From NCBI GenBank assembly GCA_041665085.1, contig JBAYJO010000002.1:19413-83412 (forward strand): a DNA stretch of 64,000 nt. The letters run 5' to 3'. The notes under the pieces are model-generated. The model searched no databases and had not been told where the DNA came from. It saw only the letters and a program-made list of their open reading frames with translations. This DNA comes from Patescibacteria group bacterium. Lineage in GTDB: Bacteria > Patescibacteriota > UBA1384 > JBAYJO01. Both the position numbers and the translations under genes were made by a program. Positions 9,149-20,201 of this stretch are shown here, in pieces (within the stretch, counting starts at the first letter, position 1; each line of letters opens with the position of its first letter).

Positions 9149-9648
9149 TTATAGAGGCAGGTCATTTTAAAAACTTGCCGGTTTTTTCACAAGAGGGAAA
9201 GCATCTCGGAAACATTTCTCAAATAATATTTAGTAGTGAAGAACCAAAATTAATTGGTTTTTTAATTGGTTCAAATGGTTTTTTTAAAAATCAAATGGCA
9301 ATTTCAGTTGCAGATATTGTGGCATACTTTAGGCGAATGATTATTTTAAGATCCGAAGAATCATTAGTTGAAATTGACGAAATAATTAGAATCAAAGCGG
9401 AAATTTTAAAAAACATAAAATTTCTTGACGGTAATGCCTTAGACTCGAAAAATAATAAAATTGGAATTATTGAAGATATATTAATTGATACTGATAGCGG
9501 ATTGGTTTTAAAATATTATATCTCCGGATACTCCGGTAAAAGAATTTTTCCTTCGGAAAAAGTTCTTGAAATTACTAAAGCTGGGATAGTTTTTTCTGAT
9601 GAATCGGAAAAGATGGGGGTAGTCAGCGAAGAGATGGCAATGATATAA
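9145..9648 (+). CDS. PRC-barrel domain protein (two tandem PRC-like units), hypothetical
   Basis: 167 aa; weak PRC-barrel-like repeats; overlaps efp stop by 4 nt (operonic). Confidence 0.45.
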   Translation: MIIEAGHFKNLPVFSQEGKHLGNISQIIFSSEEPKLIGFLIGSNGFFKNQMAISVADIVAYFRRMIILRSEESLVEIDEIIRIKAEILKNIKFLDGNALDSKNNKIGIIEDILIDTDSGLVLKYYISGYSGKRIFPSEKVLEITKAGIVFSDESEKMGVVSEEMAMI

Positions 9649-9707
9649 TAGAATAAGTTAAAAGTTTGTAAAGTTTATAAAGTCCATAAAGTTAAAAGCG
9701 AGGGAAA

Positions 9708-10037
9708 ATGTTGAGTGAAACGAAACCCGCCTCTGGTGGAGGAAATGAACTAGAGCACGAAAAACAATTAGTTGAAGATTTAAAAAAGCTAACCGAATCG
9801 GTTGATAAGGTAGTAAAAGTTGTTCAAAATGTTGAATCTAAAAAATATTTACAAATGCTTGATAATCCAAGAAAGTTTTTATTTTATAGTTTTCTGCATG
9901 GCGCTTTCATTGCACTTGGATCAACGCTTGGAGTTGTAATTATATTTACCCTTCTTGCTTATATCCTAAAATCGATTGAATGGATCCCCTTTCTAGGAGA
10001 ATTTGGCGCTAGAATCGAGCCTCTGCTGCGTAAATAA
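9708..10037 (+). CDS. small hypothetical membrane protein
   Basis: 109 aa, one or two predicted TM helices; flanked on both sides by ttataaagtcc-containing repeats. Confidence 0.45.
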   Translation: MLSETKPASGGGNELEHEKQLVEDLKKLTESVDKVVKVVQNVESKKYLQMLDNPRKFLFYSFLHGAFIALGSTLGVVIIFTLLAYILKSIEWIPFLGEFGARIEPLLRK

Positions 10038-10083
10038 TTAAAAGTTCTTAAAATTGAAAGCTTATAAAGTCCGAGGTCAAATT

Positions 10084-10120
10084 AAAAACAGCTCTACTTT
10101 TTCAGTAGGAGCTGTTTTTA
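10084..10120. terminator. bidirectional rho-independent terminator between convergent genes (hairpin aacagctctact/agtaggagctgtt with A-run and T-run flanks)
   Basis: 12-bp stem, 5-nt loop, flanked by aaaaa and ttttt; lies between 3' ends of 9708..10037(+) and groEL(-). Confidence 0.65.
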
Positions 10121-10177
10121 TATATTAATTCTACAATTCCAAAAATTTAAATTTTAAATTCTAAATTTTAAATTGTC

Positions 10178-11833
<1,656 letters not shown>

Positions 11834-11840
11834 TTAGTTT

Positions 11841-11940
11841 GAAAGTTTGTAAAGTAGAAAGTTTGTAAAGTTATCGGAAATAATTATTATAGTTTTCAAT
11901 GACTTTTAACTTTAAGAACTTTATAGACTTTATAAACTTG
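11841..11940. repeat. AAAGTTTGTAAAGT-type repeats (left arms of nested inverted repeats flanking groES)
   Basis: tandem gaaagtttgtaaagta units at 11841-11872; 33-nt aactttaagaactttatagactttataaacttg at 11908-11940 is reverse complement (2 mismatches) of 12318-12350. Confidence 0.7.
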
Positions 11941-12234
11941 TTAATTATCTATAATAATCGCTAATATATCTTCTTCTTTAATTAATTTATATTCATCGCC
12001 CTCAATTTTAATGTCATGACCATGATAAGATTCAAAAGCGACTTTATCGCCAACACTCACATCAAGAGGCATTTTCTTACCATCAATAATTTTACCGCTT
12101 CCTACCTCAATAACTTCAAAAATTTGCGGTTTTTCTTTGGCACTATCAGGTAAAATAATTCCTGACTTAGTTCGCTCTTCTGATTCTAAAGCACGAACAA
12201 GAATCTTGTCTCCTAAAGGCTTTATCTTTGACAT
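11941..12234 (-). CDS. groS: co-chaperonin GroES
   Basis: 97 aa, canonical GroES sequence (IKPLGDKILV...GDKVAF). Confidence 0.95.
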   Translation of the reverse strand: MSKIKPLGDKILVRALESEERTKSGIILPDSAKEKPQIFEVIEVGSGKIIDGKKMPLDVSVGDKVAFESYHGHDIKIEGDEYKLIKEEDILAIIIDN

Positions 12235-12317
12235 AGTCTCCTTTCGCTTAGCTATTATGTTCGTTTTTCGGATTAAAAAAAACGAAAAATTATATTATCC
12301 CTCGTTTAAATTAGTTA

Positions 12318-12426
12318 AAAGTTTGTAAAGTCTATAAAGTTCTTAAAGTTAAAAGTATTTAACTATAAAAGTTATTTCCCTTATCTTTATAAACTTTCGA
12401 CTTTCTACTTTCTACTTTACGAACTA
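12318..12426. repeat. AAAGTTTGTAAAGT-type repeats (right arms of nested inverted repeats flanking groES)
   Basis: 12318-12350 inverted copy of 11908-11940; 12389-12426 contains gtaaagtagaaagt core inverted relative to 11841-11872. Confidence 0.7.
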
Positions 12427-12489
12427 TTAAATTGTCAACGGGGTAGCGAGAAGGGGGTACACGCTACCACCACTTCAAAAGTTACCACT

Positions 12490-13155
12490 CTAACCTATCT
12501 TTGTCAAGCGAGTCAAACTGGTTGGATGAAAACAGAGCATTGCGTCATTTGCAATGATTAAACCTTTGTTTTTTAGGGTTAAAGAATTGTTTTTAATTTT
12601 TTTAATTTGAATATTTTTAAGAATATTTTCAATAATATTTCCCATTGTTCCGCTAAGTAAATGCTCGAAAAATATACAAAAACATATTAATAATATATTT
12701 TTATTGTGTTTTTTTTCTGTATTTTTTTTAACTTCAACAAAATTATTCATCCAATAATTTTCATCAATAAATTTTTGGTATATATTTTTATCAAGAATTG
12801 GAACGGTTGTTGAATAAACTTTAGCATGGTATATATCATACGGATAAATTACCAATGAATCGGTTGTAATATATCTATTTAAACAAATTCTGCCGGCTAT
12901 CTTCGAGTTAGTTCTTTTAAGATTAAGTATTTGAATAATAAAATTAACAAAAAAACGACAGGTAAAAATCCTTTTGGATTTTGTTACAATTAAAAAATCA
13001 ATATCACTCATCTGATTGATTTTTCCGGAAGTTAAAGATCCATTTACTCCGACCATACGCAAAAAAGGTGCTGCTTCAAGATAATAAGCAGCTTTTTCTG
13101 CCTTTCGCCAATATTTTTCCTCAAGTGTCATATTTTTAGAATATAACATTTGCAT
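12490..13155 (-). CDS. nucleotidyltransferase-fold (Pol beta superfamily) protein, function unknown
   Basis: GS...DxD motif (GSLTSGKINQMSDIDFLIV); no HEPN partner adjacent. Confidence 0.5.
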   Translation of the reverse strand: MQMLYSKNMTLEEKYWRKAEKAAYYLEAAPFLRMVGVNGSLTSGKINQMSDIDFLIVTKSKRIFTCRFFVNFIIQILNLKRTNSKIAGRICLNRYITTDSLVIYPYDIYHAKVYSTTVPILDKNIYQKFIDENYWMNNFVEVKKNTEKKHNKNILLICFCIFFEHLLSGTMGNIIENILKNIQIKKIKNNSLTLKNKGLIIANDAMLCFHPTSLTRLTKIG

Positions 13156-13167
13156 AAAAAGGGGAAT

Positions 13168-14523
13168 TTAGTTCAGAGATGGTTCTTTGCCGATTAAAGA
13201 AATGAGATAATTCTTTTTTTCTTCCATAAGATCATTTGTTTTCGCTTCAAGATTAAGTCTTAAGAGGGGCTCATTGTTTGAAGGTCTTAAATTAAACCAC
13301 CAATTATCAAATTCAACGCTTAAGCCATCAAGAGTAAATTTATTGCCATCTTGAATTTTTTCACTGATTTCTTCAATTTTTAGTTTAGGATTTTCAACTT
13401 CAAAGTTTATTTCGCCCGTATGAAAATAGCGCTTAAATGGTTTTGTAACTAAAGAAATTTTTTGACCATTTCCGGAAAGAAAACTTAATATTTGAACTAA
13501 TGCCATGTCAGCATTATCTGTATAATTTAAATCTTTGAAATAATAATGGTTGGAAAGTTCGCCGGCAAATATCACATTATTTTTTCTCATTATCGGTTTG
13601 ATTAAACCGTGCCCTACAACACACATTTCCGGTTTTCCGCCAGAAGAAATTATTTCTTCTTTCACAGCCCAAGTACTTCTTAAATCATACATTATTGTAG
13701 AACCGGCGTTTGTTTTAAGAATTTCTTTAGCAATAATTATAGTGATTAAATCACCATTTATAACCTCACCTTTTTCATCAACAAAACCAATGCGATCACC
13801 ATCGCCATCAAAAGAAATTCCAAGCGAAGCATTTTGTTTCAAAACCTCTTTTTGCAAAACTTTTAATGATTCAGTTTTTAGGGGATTTGGTTCATGATTT
13901 GGAAATGATCCATCCGATTCAAAATAAAGCGGAATATAATCAATTTTCAATTGACTAAGTAAACTTGATATAACCATTCCTTCGATTCCATTTCCAACAT
14001 CAACAACAATTTTACCAATTTTTTGCGGATCAATTTTGACATTTTCTGTTATTTTATTTACATATTGATCCAAAATATCAACTTTTGTTATTTGACCGTT
14101 GAAGTTACTTGTTTTAATTCCATTTGTTTTTATCAAATCTTCAATATCAGTTGTTTTAATAAAAGTTGTAATGTATTGAGCTTCAGGGCCGCAAATTTTT
14201 AGGCCATTATAATTTGATGGGTTATGACTTGCTGTGATCATTATAGAGGCATCAGTTTTACAATAAATATTCGCAAAATAGCTCATAGTAGTTGAGCATA
14301 AACCAATATCGATAATTTCAATTCCCATTTCAAGCAAACCATTTTTTAAAGATTCAAATAAAGCAGGCGATGAAAGTCTCATGTCGCGACCTATTACAAT
14401 TTTTTTTGCATTAAGAAGTTGCGTTACTGCTTGTCCAATTTTTGAAATACCCTCCTCGTCGAGCTCGCTTGGATAAATTCCCCTGATATCACAAGCTTTG
14501 AAAATTTGTCTTGAAATATTCAT
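13168..14523 (-). CDS. phosphomannomutase/phosphoglucomutase (alpha-D-phosphohexomutase family)
   Basis: active-site loop TASHNP, Mg-binding DGDGDR, 451 aa. Confidence 0.85.
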   Translation of the reverse strand: MNISRQIFKACDIRGIYPSELDEEGISKIGQAVTQLLNAKKIVIGRDMRLSSPALFESLKNGLLEMGIEIIDIGLCSTTMSYFANIYCKTDASIMITASHNPSNYNGLKICGPEAQYITTFIKTTDIEDLIKTNGIKTSNFNGQITKVDILDQYVNKITENVKIDPQKIGKIVVDVGNGIEGMVISSLLSQLKIDYIPLYFESDGSFPNHEPNPLKTESLKVLQKEVLKQNASLGISFDGDGDRIGFVDEKGEVINGDLITIIIAKEILKTNAGSTIMYDLRSTWAVKEEIISSGGKPEMCVVGHGLIKPIMRKNNVIFAGELSNHYYFKDLNYTDNADMALVQILSFLSGNGQKISLVTKPFKRYFHTGEINFEVENPKLKIEEISEKIQDGNKFTLDGLSVEFDNWWFNLRPSNNEPLLRLNLEAKTNDLMEEKKNYLISLIGKEPSLN

Positions 14524-14588
14524 AATGACTCCTTTTAATAACTCTTGGAATGATTTAAGTATAATCTGTTTTTTTAAATCTTTAAAGT

Positions 14589-14617
14589 CTTGACAAAAAC
14601 ATGTTTTTAGAGTAAAA
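14589..14617 (+). promoter_or_regulatory. consensus sigma70-type promoter TTGACA-N17-TAAAAT upstream of LuxR-family gene
   Basis: exact TTGACA at 14589-14594, 17-nt spacer, TAAAAT at 14612-14617, about 40 nt upstream of the GTG start. Confidence 0.55.
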
Positions 14618-14659
14618 TGGTAATACTTTTACCGAACTGCGGAAAAGGAGGGAAAGAGA

Positions 14660-14935
14660 GTGAGAATTAAAACAGTCAACCTAAGTGGAGAGCAAATCCT
14701 CACCAAGCGAAACGCCGAGGTACTAGAGCTTTATCTTCAAGGAAAGACGTCAGGGCAAGTCGCTGATGCTCTGTATGTCACAACCGACAATGTTCACTGG
14801 CATGTGACAAAATCGTATGACATATTGAGACAGCATTCTGGCATGCAGATCAAAAACAAGCAGCATGCCATCGTAGCGCTCGCGACCTTGGGGATGATCG
14901 AATTCCAATCACTTTACCAAGAGCCCTCGACGTAG
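14660..14935 (+). CDS. LuxR/GerE-family helix-turn-helix transcriptional regulator (standalone HTH, no receiver domain) on GC-rich islet B
   Basis: GTG start 6 nt after AAGGAGGG RBS; LTKRNAEVLELYLQGKTSGQVADALYVTTDNVHWHVTKSYDIL matches LuxR-type HTH; about 50% GC. Confidence 0.7.
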   Translation: MRIKTVNLSGEQILTKRNAEVLELYLQGKTSGQVADALYVTTDNVHWHVTKSYDILRQHSGMQIKNKQHAIVALATLGMIEFQSLYQEPST

Positions 14936-14945
14936 TCGAGGGCTC
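14921..14945 (+). terminator. perfect 11-bp GC-rich hairpin (gagccctcgac gta gtcgagggctc) overlapping stop codon of LuxR-family gene, T-run downstream
   Basis: inverted repeat read directly; tttttt at 14962-14968. Confidence 0.6.
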
Positions 14946-14996
14946 GCACTGTATTCTCTTGTGTTTTTTAAATATTAAAAACTTATAAACTAATCA

Positions 14997-16802
14997 TTAT
15001 TCCGGCGGAGGACAGCCCTCCCCTTCTTTAGTGCCAACTAAATATTTTGCCTGCCAAGGAACATAACTTGAGCTGAATTTTTGACTATTTATTTCCTTGC
15101 CGCTTGAATCCATAACCTTGTATTCAAAGCTGGCTTTGGCACCGTCATGAGAGCTCTCAAGCTTTTTCGTTTCTCCTTTGCACAATGTATCTGTTTCAAC
15201 ATATTGTGGATCTGGCGCCGGTGTGATGTCATAAACAACCGGATCTGAAATCGTTACTTTTCGATTATCTGTTCTACCATAAATATTAAAAGTAATCGAA
15301 TAATTCTCTACCTTAGTTTGTACCAGTAAATAATCATTATAGGTATTTTTCATTTTAAGATCCGGCTTTGGCAAATAAACAGTTGCATCCATTCCAACTG
15401 GAGGTTCATAATAACTAACCCTGTAACGATGATTGGTTCTTTCTGTTATTTCAAGTCCGGCGTTCAATGCTGCTCTGAAAAATGTGGTAGAAACCTGACA
15501 TAGGCCTCCGCCATATTCCGGTTTTGTACCGTCTTCTTTGATAACCAGTTCTGGCAAATATCCGGTTGAGGCATCAACTGCTCCTAGCGTTTGCACTACC
15601 GAAAGTTCTTCACCTGGTTTTATTAAAATACCATCAAATCTCGATGCTCCAACTTCGATATTGTGAACCCTATTGTTTGGGCTTTTGATAAAATTGGTCG
15701 TACCAGTACCAACAAGATCATTGAAATAAAGACTATTAATACCGCTTAAATCTTGCACTTTAGCTTTACTGACTGTTGTATTTACCGCAACCTGATGCTC
15801 TCCTTTATTTAGAACATCAATAATATCTTTAACTAGGCGATCCTGATCAACCACCACACCATCTTCTGCTTCTTGAAAAACAACTATTTTATCACCTGTT
15901 TTTTTAAGACGCGCTTCTTTTACCGGATTGTCGATCTTCAAAGCGATTTTTTCTGTAATCCACGCTTTCATCTTCTCCTCGTCAAATGAAACTTCTAAGT
16001 TTTTTCCCTTTGGCGTAAAAGTCAGCCAAGACCACTGGGTATTTTTAATAGCGACAAATTTCCTATTTTCAAATGATAAAGTAAGATCATCGGATAAATA
16101 TTTTTCAACTTGAGTTTTTGTATTTTCAATATCAACGGCACTTATATCAGGTTTTTTATCATTAAGCGTTAAAATTATGTTGGATTTTTCTAAATTTTTA
16201 AGGTTTACTACCAGATTATCGATCAATGTCGCTTGATTAAGCCGCTTGCCTGATGTTTCAGGGACAATCTTAAGCTGATCATTTTCATAAGTTAATGAAG
16301 CATTTTTTTCAGGTTCATCAATTTCAGAAGCAGCTGAAGCAATAAATGTTCTTAGATCTTCTAACCCGTCCTTTGGCTCAACTTTTATTTTATATGAAAA
16401 AAACAAACAACGAGTTTGATCGTAAATTGTTTTTAAAAAATCAGGATGATGACCAACAAGCATTGCTTCTTTTTCTGCTTTTGAAATATCAAAATCAATT
16501 CCAAGATCAGATAAACTTTTTTTCCATTCTCGGTCTTGATATTTTAATATAACGGTTTCATTTTCAATTTCTTTTGATTTTTGAACTAATGTTTCATGAA
16601 GTTCTTGCTGATTTTTTCCTGATAGTTTAATTGAACCGATCATAACTTTTGGCAAAACTTTATCAGAGTAATAAGCAGAGTATGCAGCAAATATGCCGGT
16701 GAAAAAAATAATTAAAAATAAAATTATACCACCAATGATAATCAAACTTTTTTTTGATTTTAAGGAATGATTATTAACTTGATCAGCTTTTTTCTTTTCC
16801 AT
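14997..16802 (-). CDS. VanW family protein (YoaR-like) with N-terminal TM anchor
   Basis: C-terminal VanW-like region (YGGGLCQVSTTFFRAALNAGLEITERTNH); N-terminal signal/anchor. Confidence 0.7.
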   Translation of the reverse strand: MEKKKADQVNNHSLKSKKSLIIIGGIILFLIIFFTGIFAAYSAYYSDKVLPKVMIGSIKLSGKNQQELHETLVQKSKEIENETVILKYQDREWKKSLSDLGIDFDISKAEKEAMLVGHHPDFLKTIYDQTRCLFFSYKIKVEPKDGLEDLRTFIASAASEIDEPEKNASLTYENDQLKIVPETSGKRLNQATLIDNLVVNLKNLEKSNIILTLNDKKPDISAVDIENTKTQVEKYLSDDLTLSFENRKFVAIKNTQWSWLTFTPKGKNLEVSFDEEKMKAWITEKIALKIDNPVKEARLKKTGDKIVVFQEAEDGVVVDQDRLVKDIIDVLNKGEHQVAVNTTVSKAKVQDLSGINSLYFNDLVGTGTTNFIKSPNNRVHNIEVGASRFDGILIKPGEELSVVQTLGAVDASTGYLPELVIKEDGTKPEYGGGLCQVSTTFFRAALNAGLEITERTNHRYRVSYYEPPVGMDATVYLPKPDLKMKNTYNDYLLVQTKVENYSITFNIYGRTDNRKVTISDPVVYDITPAPDPQYVETDTLCKGETKKLESSHDGAKASFEYKVMDSSGKEINSQKFSSSYVPWQAKYLVGTKEGEGCPPPE

Positions 16803-17028
16803 TTAATATTTGATGTAAAATATTTTTAGCCAAATCATTGCTATCTTGTTCGTACTCTTCTTTCGATTTAATCATTAAAAATAATTTATCTTTTTTTTGC
16901 AGTTCGCGCGGCAGATTTATTTTTGGCCAAAATATTTCCTGACCATCTTCCAGTCTCATGACAGCGCATCCTCCCTCATATCGCTCAAAGACTACTTCTA
17001 AGCTGCTTTTGGGTTTTTTATTTTTCAT
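16783..17028 (-). CDS. DUF3006-like small protein
   Basis: 81 aa, EVVFERYEGGCAVMRLEDGQEIFWPK pattern typical of DUF3006; 20-nt overlap with upstream gene. Confidence 0.45.
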   Translation of the reverse strand: MKNKKPKSSLEVVFERYEGGCAVMRLEDGQEIFWPKINLPRELQKKDKLFLMIKSKEEYEQDSNDLAKNILHQILNGKEKS

Positions 17029-17030
17029 GA

Positions 17031-19049
17031 TTATATTATGAAAGAAACGATCAATAAAGCAATAATATTTACAATTTTAATCATTGGGTTAATTGCAGGA
17101 CCGGCCGTATCTTTGTATGGATCGCCAACCGTATCACCTGTAACAGCTGCTTTGTGAGCTTCCGATCCCTTGCCGCCATGGTTTCCAAGCTCAATATACT
17201 TCTTGCCATTATCCCAAGCAGCTCCACCAGTAGTCATTGATATTGCCACAAATATTCCTGTAACAATTGTACCGACAAGCATACCGCCTAAAGCAACCGG
17301 TCCAAGAATAAAACCAACAATAATTGGAGCAAGAACTGGAATTAGGGCCGGAACAATCATTTGTCTAATTGCAGCTTGAGTTACAATATCGACTGCTCGA
17401 TCATATTTTGGCTTGCCTTTTCCGGTCATAATACCCTTAATTTCTTTAAACTGTTTTCTAACCTCATTTACAACAGCACCGGCAGTTTTGCTAACAGCTT
17501 CCATTGAAAGCGAGGCAAAATAATAAGGAAGAAGTCCGCCGATAAATAAACCGACTAAAACTTTAGGATTGGTTAGACTAAAATCAAAAGTTTGATCAAG
17601 TCCTTTTTCAGAAGCCTTAAGCGTTAAATCTTGAACAAAGGAAGCAAAAAGAACAATGGCAGCAAGACCGGCTGATGCAATAGCATATCCTTTTGTAACT
17701 GCTTTGGTAGTATTTCCAACAGCATCAAGCTCATCGGTAACCTCTCTGGTTTTTTCGTCAAAACCTGACATTTCGGCAATCCCACCGGCATTATCGGCAA
17801 TTGGGCCATAAGAATCCAAAGCAACAATAATTCCGGTCATTGAAAGCATTGAAAATGCGGCGATTGCAACTCCGTAGAGATCAGCTAAAGAATAAGCGCT
17901 TAAAATACCAGCTGCAATAACTATCACAGGTAATGCGGTTGATTTCATTGAAACAGCTAGGCCGGCGATGATATTTGTGCCATGTCCTGAAAGTGAAGAT
18001 TCAGCAATAGATCTAACCGGCTTATATTTGGTTGAGGTATAATATTCTGTAATGGCAAAAATTAATGCTGTAATGATTATCCCAACTAGAGAAGCGAAGA
18101 AAAGATTATCAGTTGAATATTTTCCATTGCCACTCATTAACCAATTTGTAGCAAAATAGAAACCAATAGCAGAAATAATAATTGAAGCGGTTAATCCTTG
18201 ATAAAGCGCTCGCATAATTGCTTTGCCGCGAAGTCTAACAAAATAGATACCAATAATTGATGAAATCACAGATATTCCTCCAAGTAGTAATGGATAAATC
18301 AAAGCTGATTCATTTCCCTTAAAAACAAGAGAAGCAAGAAGCATAGTTGCAACAGCAGTAACGGCATAAGTTTCGAAAAGATCAGCAGCCATACCGGCAC
18401 AGTCTCCAACATTATCCCCAACATTATCAGCAATAACAGCTGGGTTTCTTGGATCATCTTCTGGAATACCGGCTTCAATCTTACCAACAAGATCAGCTCC
18501 AACGTCAGCGGCTTTAGTAAAAATTCCACCACCAAGTCTAGCAAAAATTGAAATTAATGATCCGCCAAAACCAAGGGCAACCAATGCATTTACATCTCGG
18601 GTTAAATAATAAAAACCGGAAACTCCAAGAAGTCCAAGTCCAACAACCAGAAGACCAGTTACAGCACCACCCCTAAAGGCAACAGCTAAGGCATCTTTTA
18701 AACCCTTACTTGCAGCTTCGGCGCATCTAACATTAGCTCTAACAGAAATATTCATTCCAATAAATCCGGCCAGCCCTGAAAAAATGGCACCAATCAAAAA
18801 GCCAAGAGATTCTTTCCATCCAAAAGCAAAATTAAGAATAACTGCAATTATTACAGCAATTACTCCGATTGTTTTATATTGTCTGGACAAAAAGGCTGCA
18901 GCACCTTGTTGAATATAGCCTGCAATTTCTTTGGCGCGTTCATTTTGAACTTTGATTTTTAAGATCCACCTCGATAAATAGATTCCCCACAAGATTGCTA
19001 AAACTGATCCTCCAAGTGCCAGATATAAGGCGATATCTACTGCTGCCAT
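17031..19049 (-). CDS. hppA: membrane-bound proton/sodium-translocating pyrophosphatase
   Basis: 672 aa polytopic; conserved [18 protein letters not shown] and [18 protein letters not shown] motifs. Confidence 0.9.
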   Translation of the reverse strand: MAAVDIALYLALGGSVLAILWGIYLSRWILKIKVQNERAKEIAGYIQQGAAAFLSRQYKTIGVIAVIIAVILNFAFGWKESLGFLIGAIFSGLAGFIGMNISVRANVRCAEAASKGLKDALAVAFRGGAVTGLLVVGLGLLGVSGFYYLTRDVNALVALGFGGSLISIFARLGGGIFTKAADVGADLVGKIEAGIPEDDPRNPAVIADNVGDNVGDCAGMAADLFETYAVTAVATMLLASLVFKGNESALIYPLLLGGISVISSIIGIYFVRLRGKAIMRALYQGLTASIIISAIGFYFATNWLMSGNGKYSTDNLFFASLVGIIITALIFAITEYYTSTKYKPVRSIAESSLSGHGTNIIAGLAVSMKSTALPVIVIAAGILSAYSLADLYGVAIAAFSMLSMTGIIVALDSYGPIADNAGGIAEMSGFDEKTREVTDELDAVGNTTKAVTKGYAIASAGLAAIVLFASFVQDLTLKASEKGLDQTFDFSLTNPKVLVGLFIGGLLPYYFASLSMEAVSKTAGAVVNEVRKQFKEIKGIMTGKGKPKYDRAVDIVTQAAIRQMIVPALIPVLAPIIVGFILGPVALGGMLVGTIVTGIFVAISMTTGGAAWDNGKKYIELGNHGGKGSEAHKAAVTGDTVGDPYKDTAGPAINPMIKIVNIIALLIVSFII

Positions 19050-19077
19050 TTTTTATCCTTTCTATATATAAATTTTT

Positions 19078-20184
19078 CTAAGATTCTTGAATTACTTTTT
19101 TATAAACTTGTTGTATTTCTTTAGCCATTTTATGCCAAGAAAACTTTTTAAGCTGCACGTCGATATTATCTATTAACTTATTTCTTATATATTTATCTGT
19201 TACTGCAGAGGTTATTACTTCGGCCATTTCCTTCACATTTTCCGGATCAAAGTAAGCAGCGGCTTTGCCACCAACTTCGGGCAATGAAGAAGTATTTGCT
19301 GAAGCAACAGGAACGTGGCAGGCAAATCCCTCAACTACCGGAAGTCCAAATCCTTCCATTAATGAAGGCATTACAAGTAGCTTAGATCCGCTGATAAGAA
19401 CCGGGATTTTATCTTCCGGCACAAAACCAGTAAATATAATATTGTTTTTTAAGTCGGTAGCTTCAATTTCTTTATTCATCTCTAAATAATTCGGATTTTT
19501 CTTACCAATAAAAACCAATTGATAATCTAAACCTTTTTTTCTAAACAAAGAAAAAGCCCTGACTAATCTTGCCAAATTTTTGTGCGGCCTTTGTTGTCCA
19601 AGATATACAATATAAGGCTTGGTTATATTATAACCTGAAGTTACACTTTTAATCAAGGTTTTATTAGAGATAGGACGGAACCGATCACTGTAACCTAAAT
19701 AAATTACAGAAATAATATCTGGATCAATATTATACACTTCTGTAATTTTATCTTTAGTAAATTCGGCATCAGTAATTATATGATCAACAGACTTAATTGT
19801 TTTTTTAATCATATAGTCATAAATTTTTTGTTTAATAAAAGGATTTGTTCTGAAATAACTAAGAGTTAAATCATGGATTGTAGCAATAGATTTTTTCTTA
19901 TAAAAAATCGGTTTATTAAAATGCACAAAATGCATCAGATCTAGATTATAACTATTCAATATTTTATGCAGACTTGTTTGTTCTTTTAAAGAATAATGTT
20001 TGATGTCGGTTTTAACAAACGAAAAATTGTCTTGTTTAAGAGGTGACTCATACGATGGATTTGTGAATACGACATATTCATTTTCATTATCAATTTGAGC
20101 TAAATTTTTAATTAACTCTTCACTGTATGTACCATGACCTGATTCTGATCGGTGCAAAAAACGACCGTCAATTCCTATTTTCAT
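19078..20184 (-). CDS. glycosyltransferase family 4
   Basis: C-terminal EGFGLPVVEGFACHVPV GT4 motif. Confidence 0.8.
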   Translation of the reverse strand: MKIGIDGRFLHRSESGHGTYSEELIKNLAQIDNENEYVVFTNPSYESPLKQDNFSFVKTDIKHYSLKEQTSLHKILNSYNLDLMHFVHFNKPIFYKKKSIATIHDLTLSYFRTNPFIKQKIYDYMIKKTIKSVDHIITDAEFTKDKITEVYNIDPDIISVIYLGYSDRFRPISNKTLIKSVTSGYNITKPYIVYLGQQRPHKNLARLVRAFSLFRKKGLDYQLVFIGKKNPNYLEMNKEIEATDLKNNIIFTGFVPEDKIPVLISGSKLLVMPSLMEGFGLPVVEGFACHVPVASANTSSLPEVGGKAAAYFDPENVKEMAEVITSAVTDKYIRNKLIDNIDVQLKKFSWHKMAKEIQQVYKKVIQES

Positions 20185-20201
20185 AATTTACCTCTAGCAT
20201 T

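Noticed and set aside
12235-12420. CIRCE/HrcA operator upstream of groES
   Set aside because: The TTAGCACTC-N9-GAGTGCTAA consensus is absent. Only the AAAGTTTGTAAAGT-type repeats and an AT-rich hairpin are present.
17170-18544. Short internal ORFs on both strands within hppA
   Set aside because: Embedded in a highly conserved, continuous pyrophosphatase reading frame.
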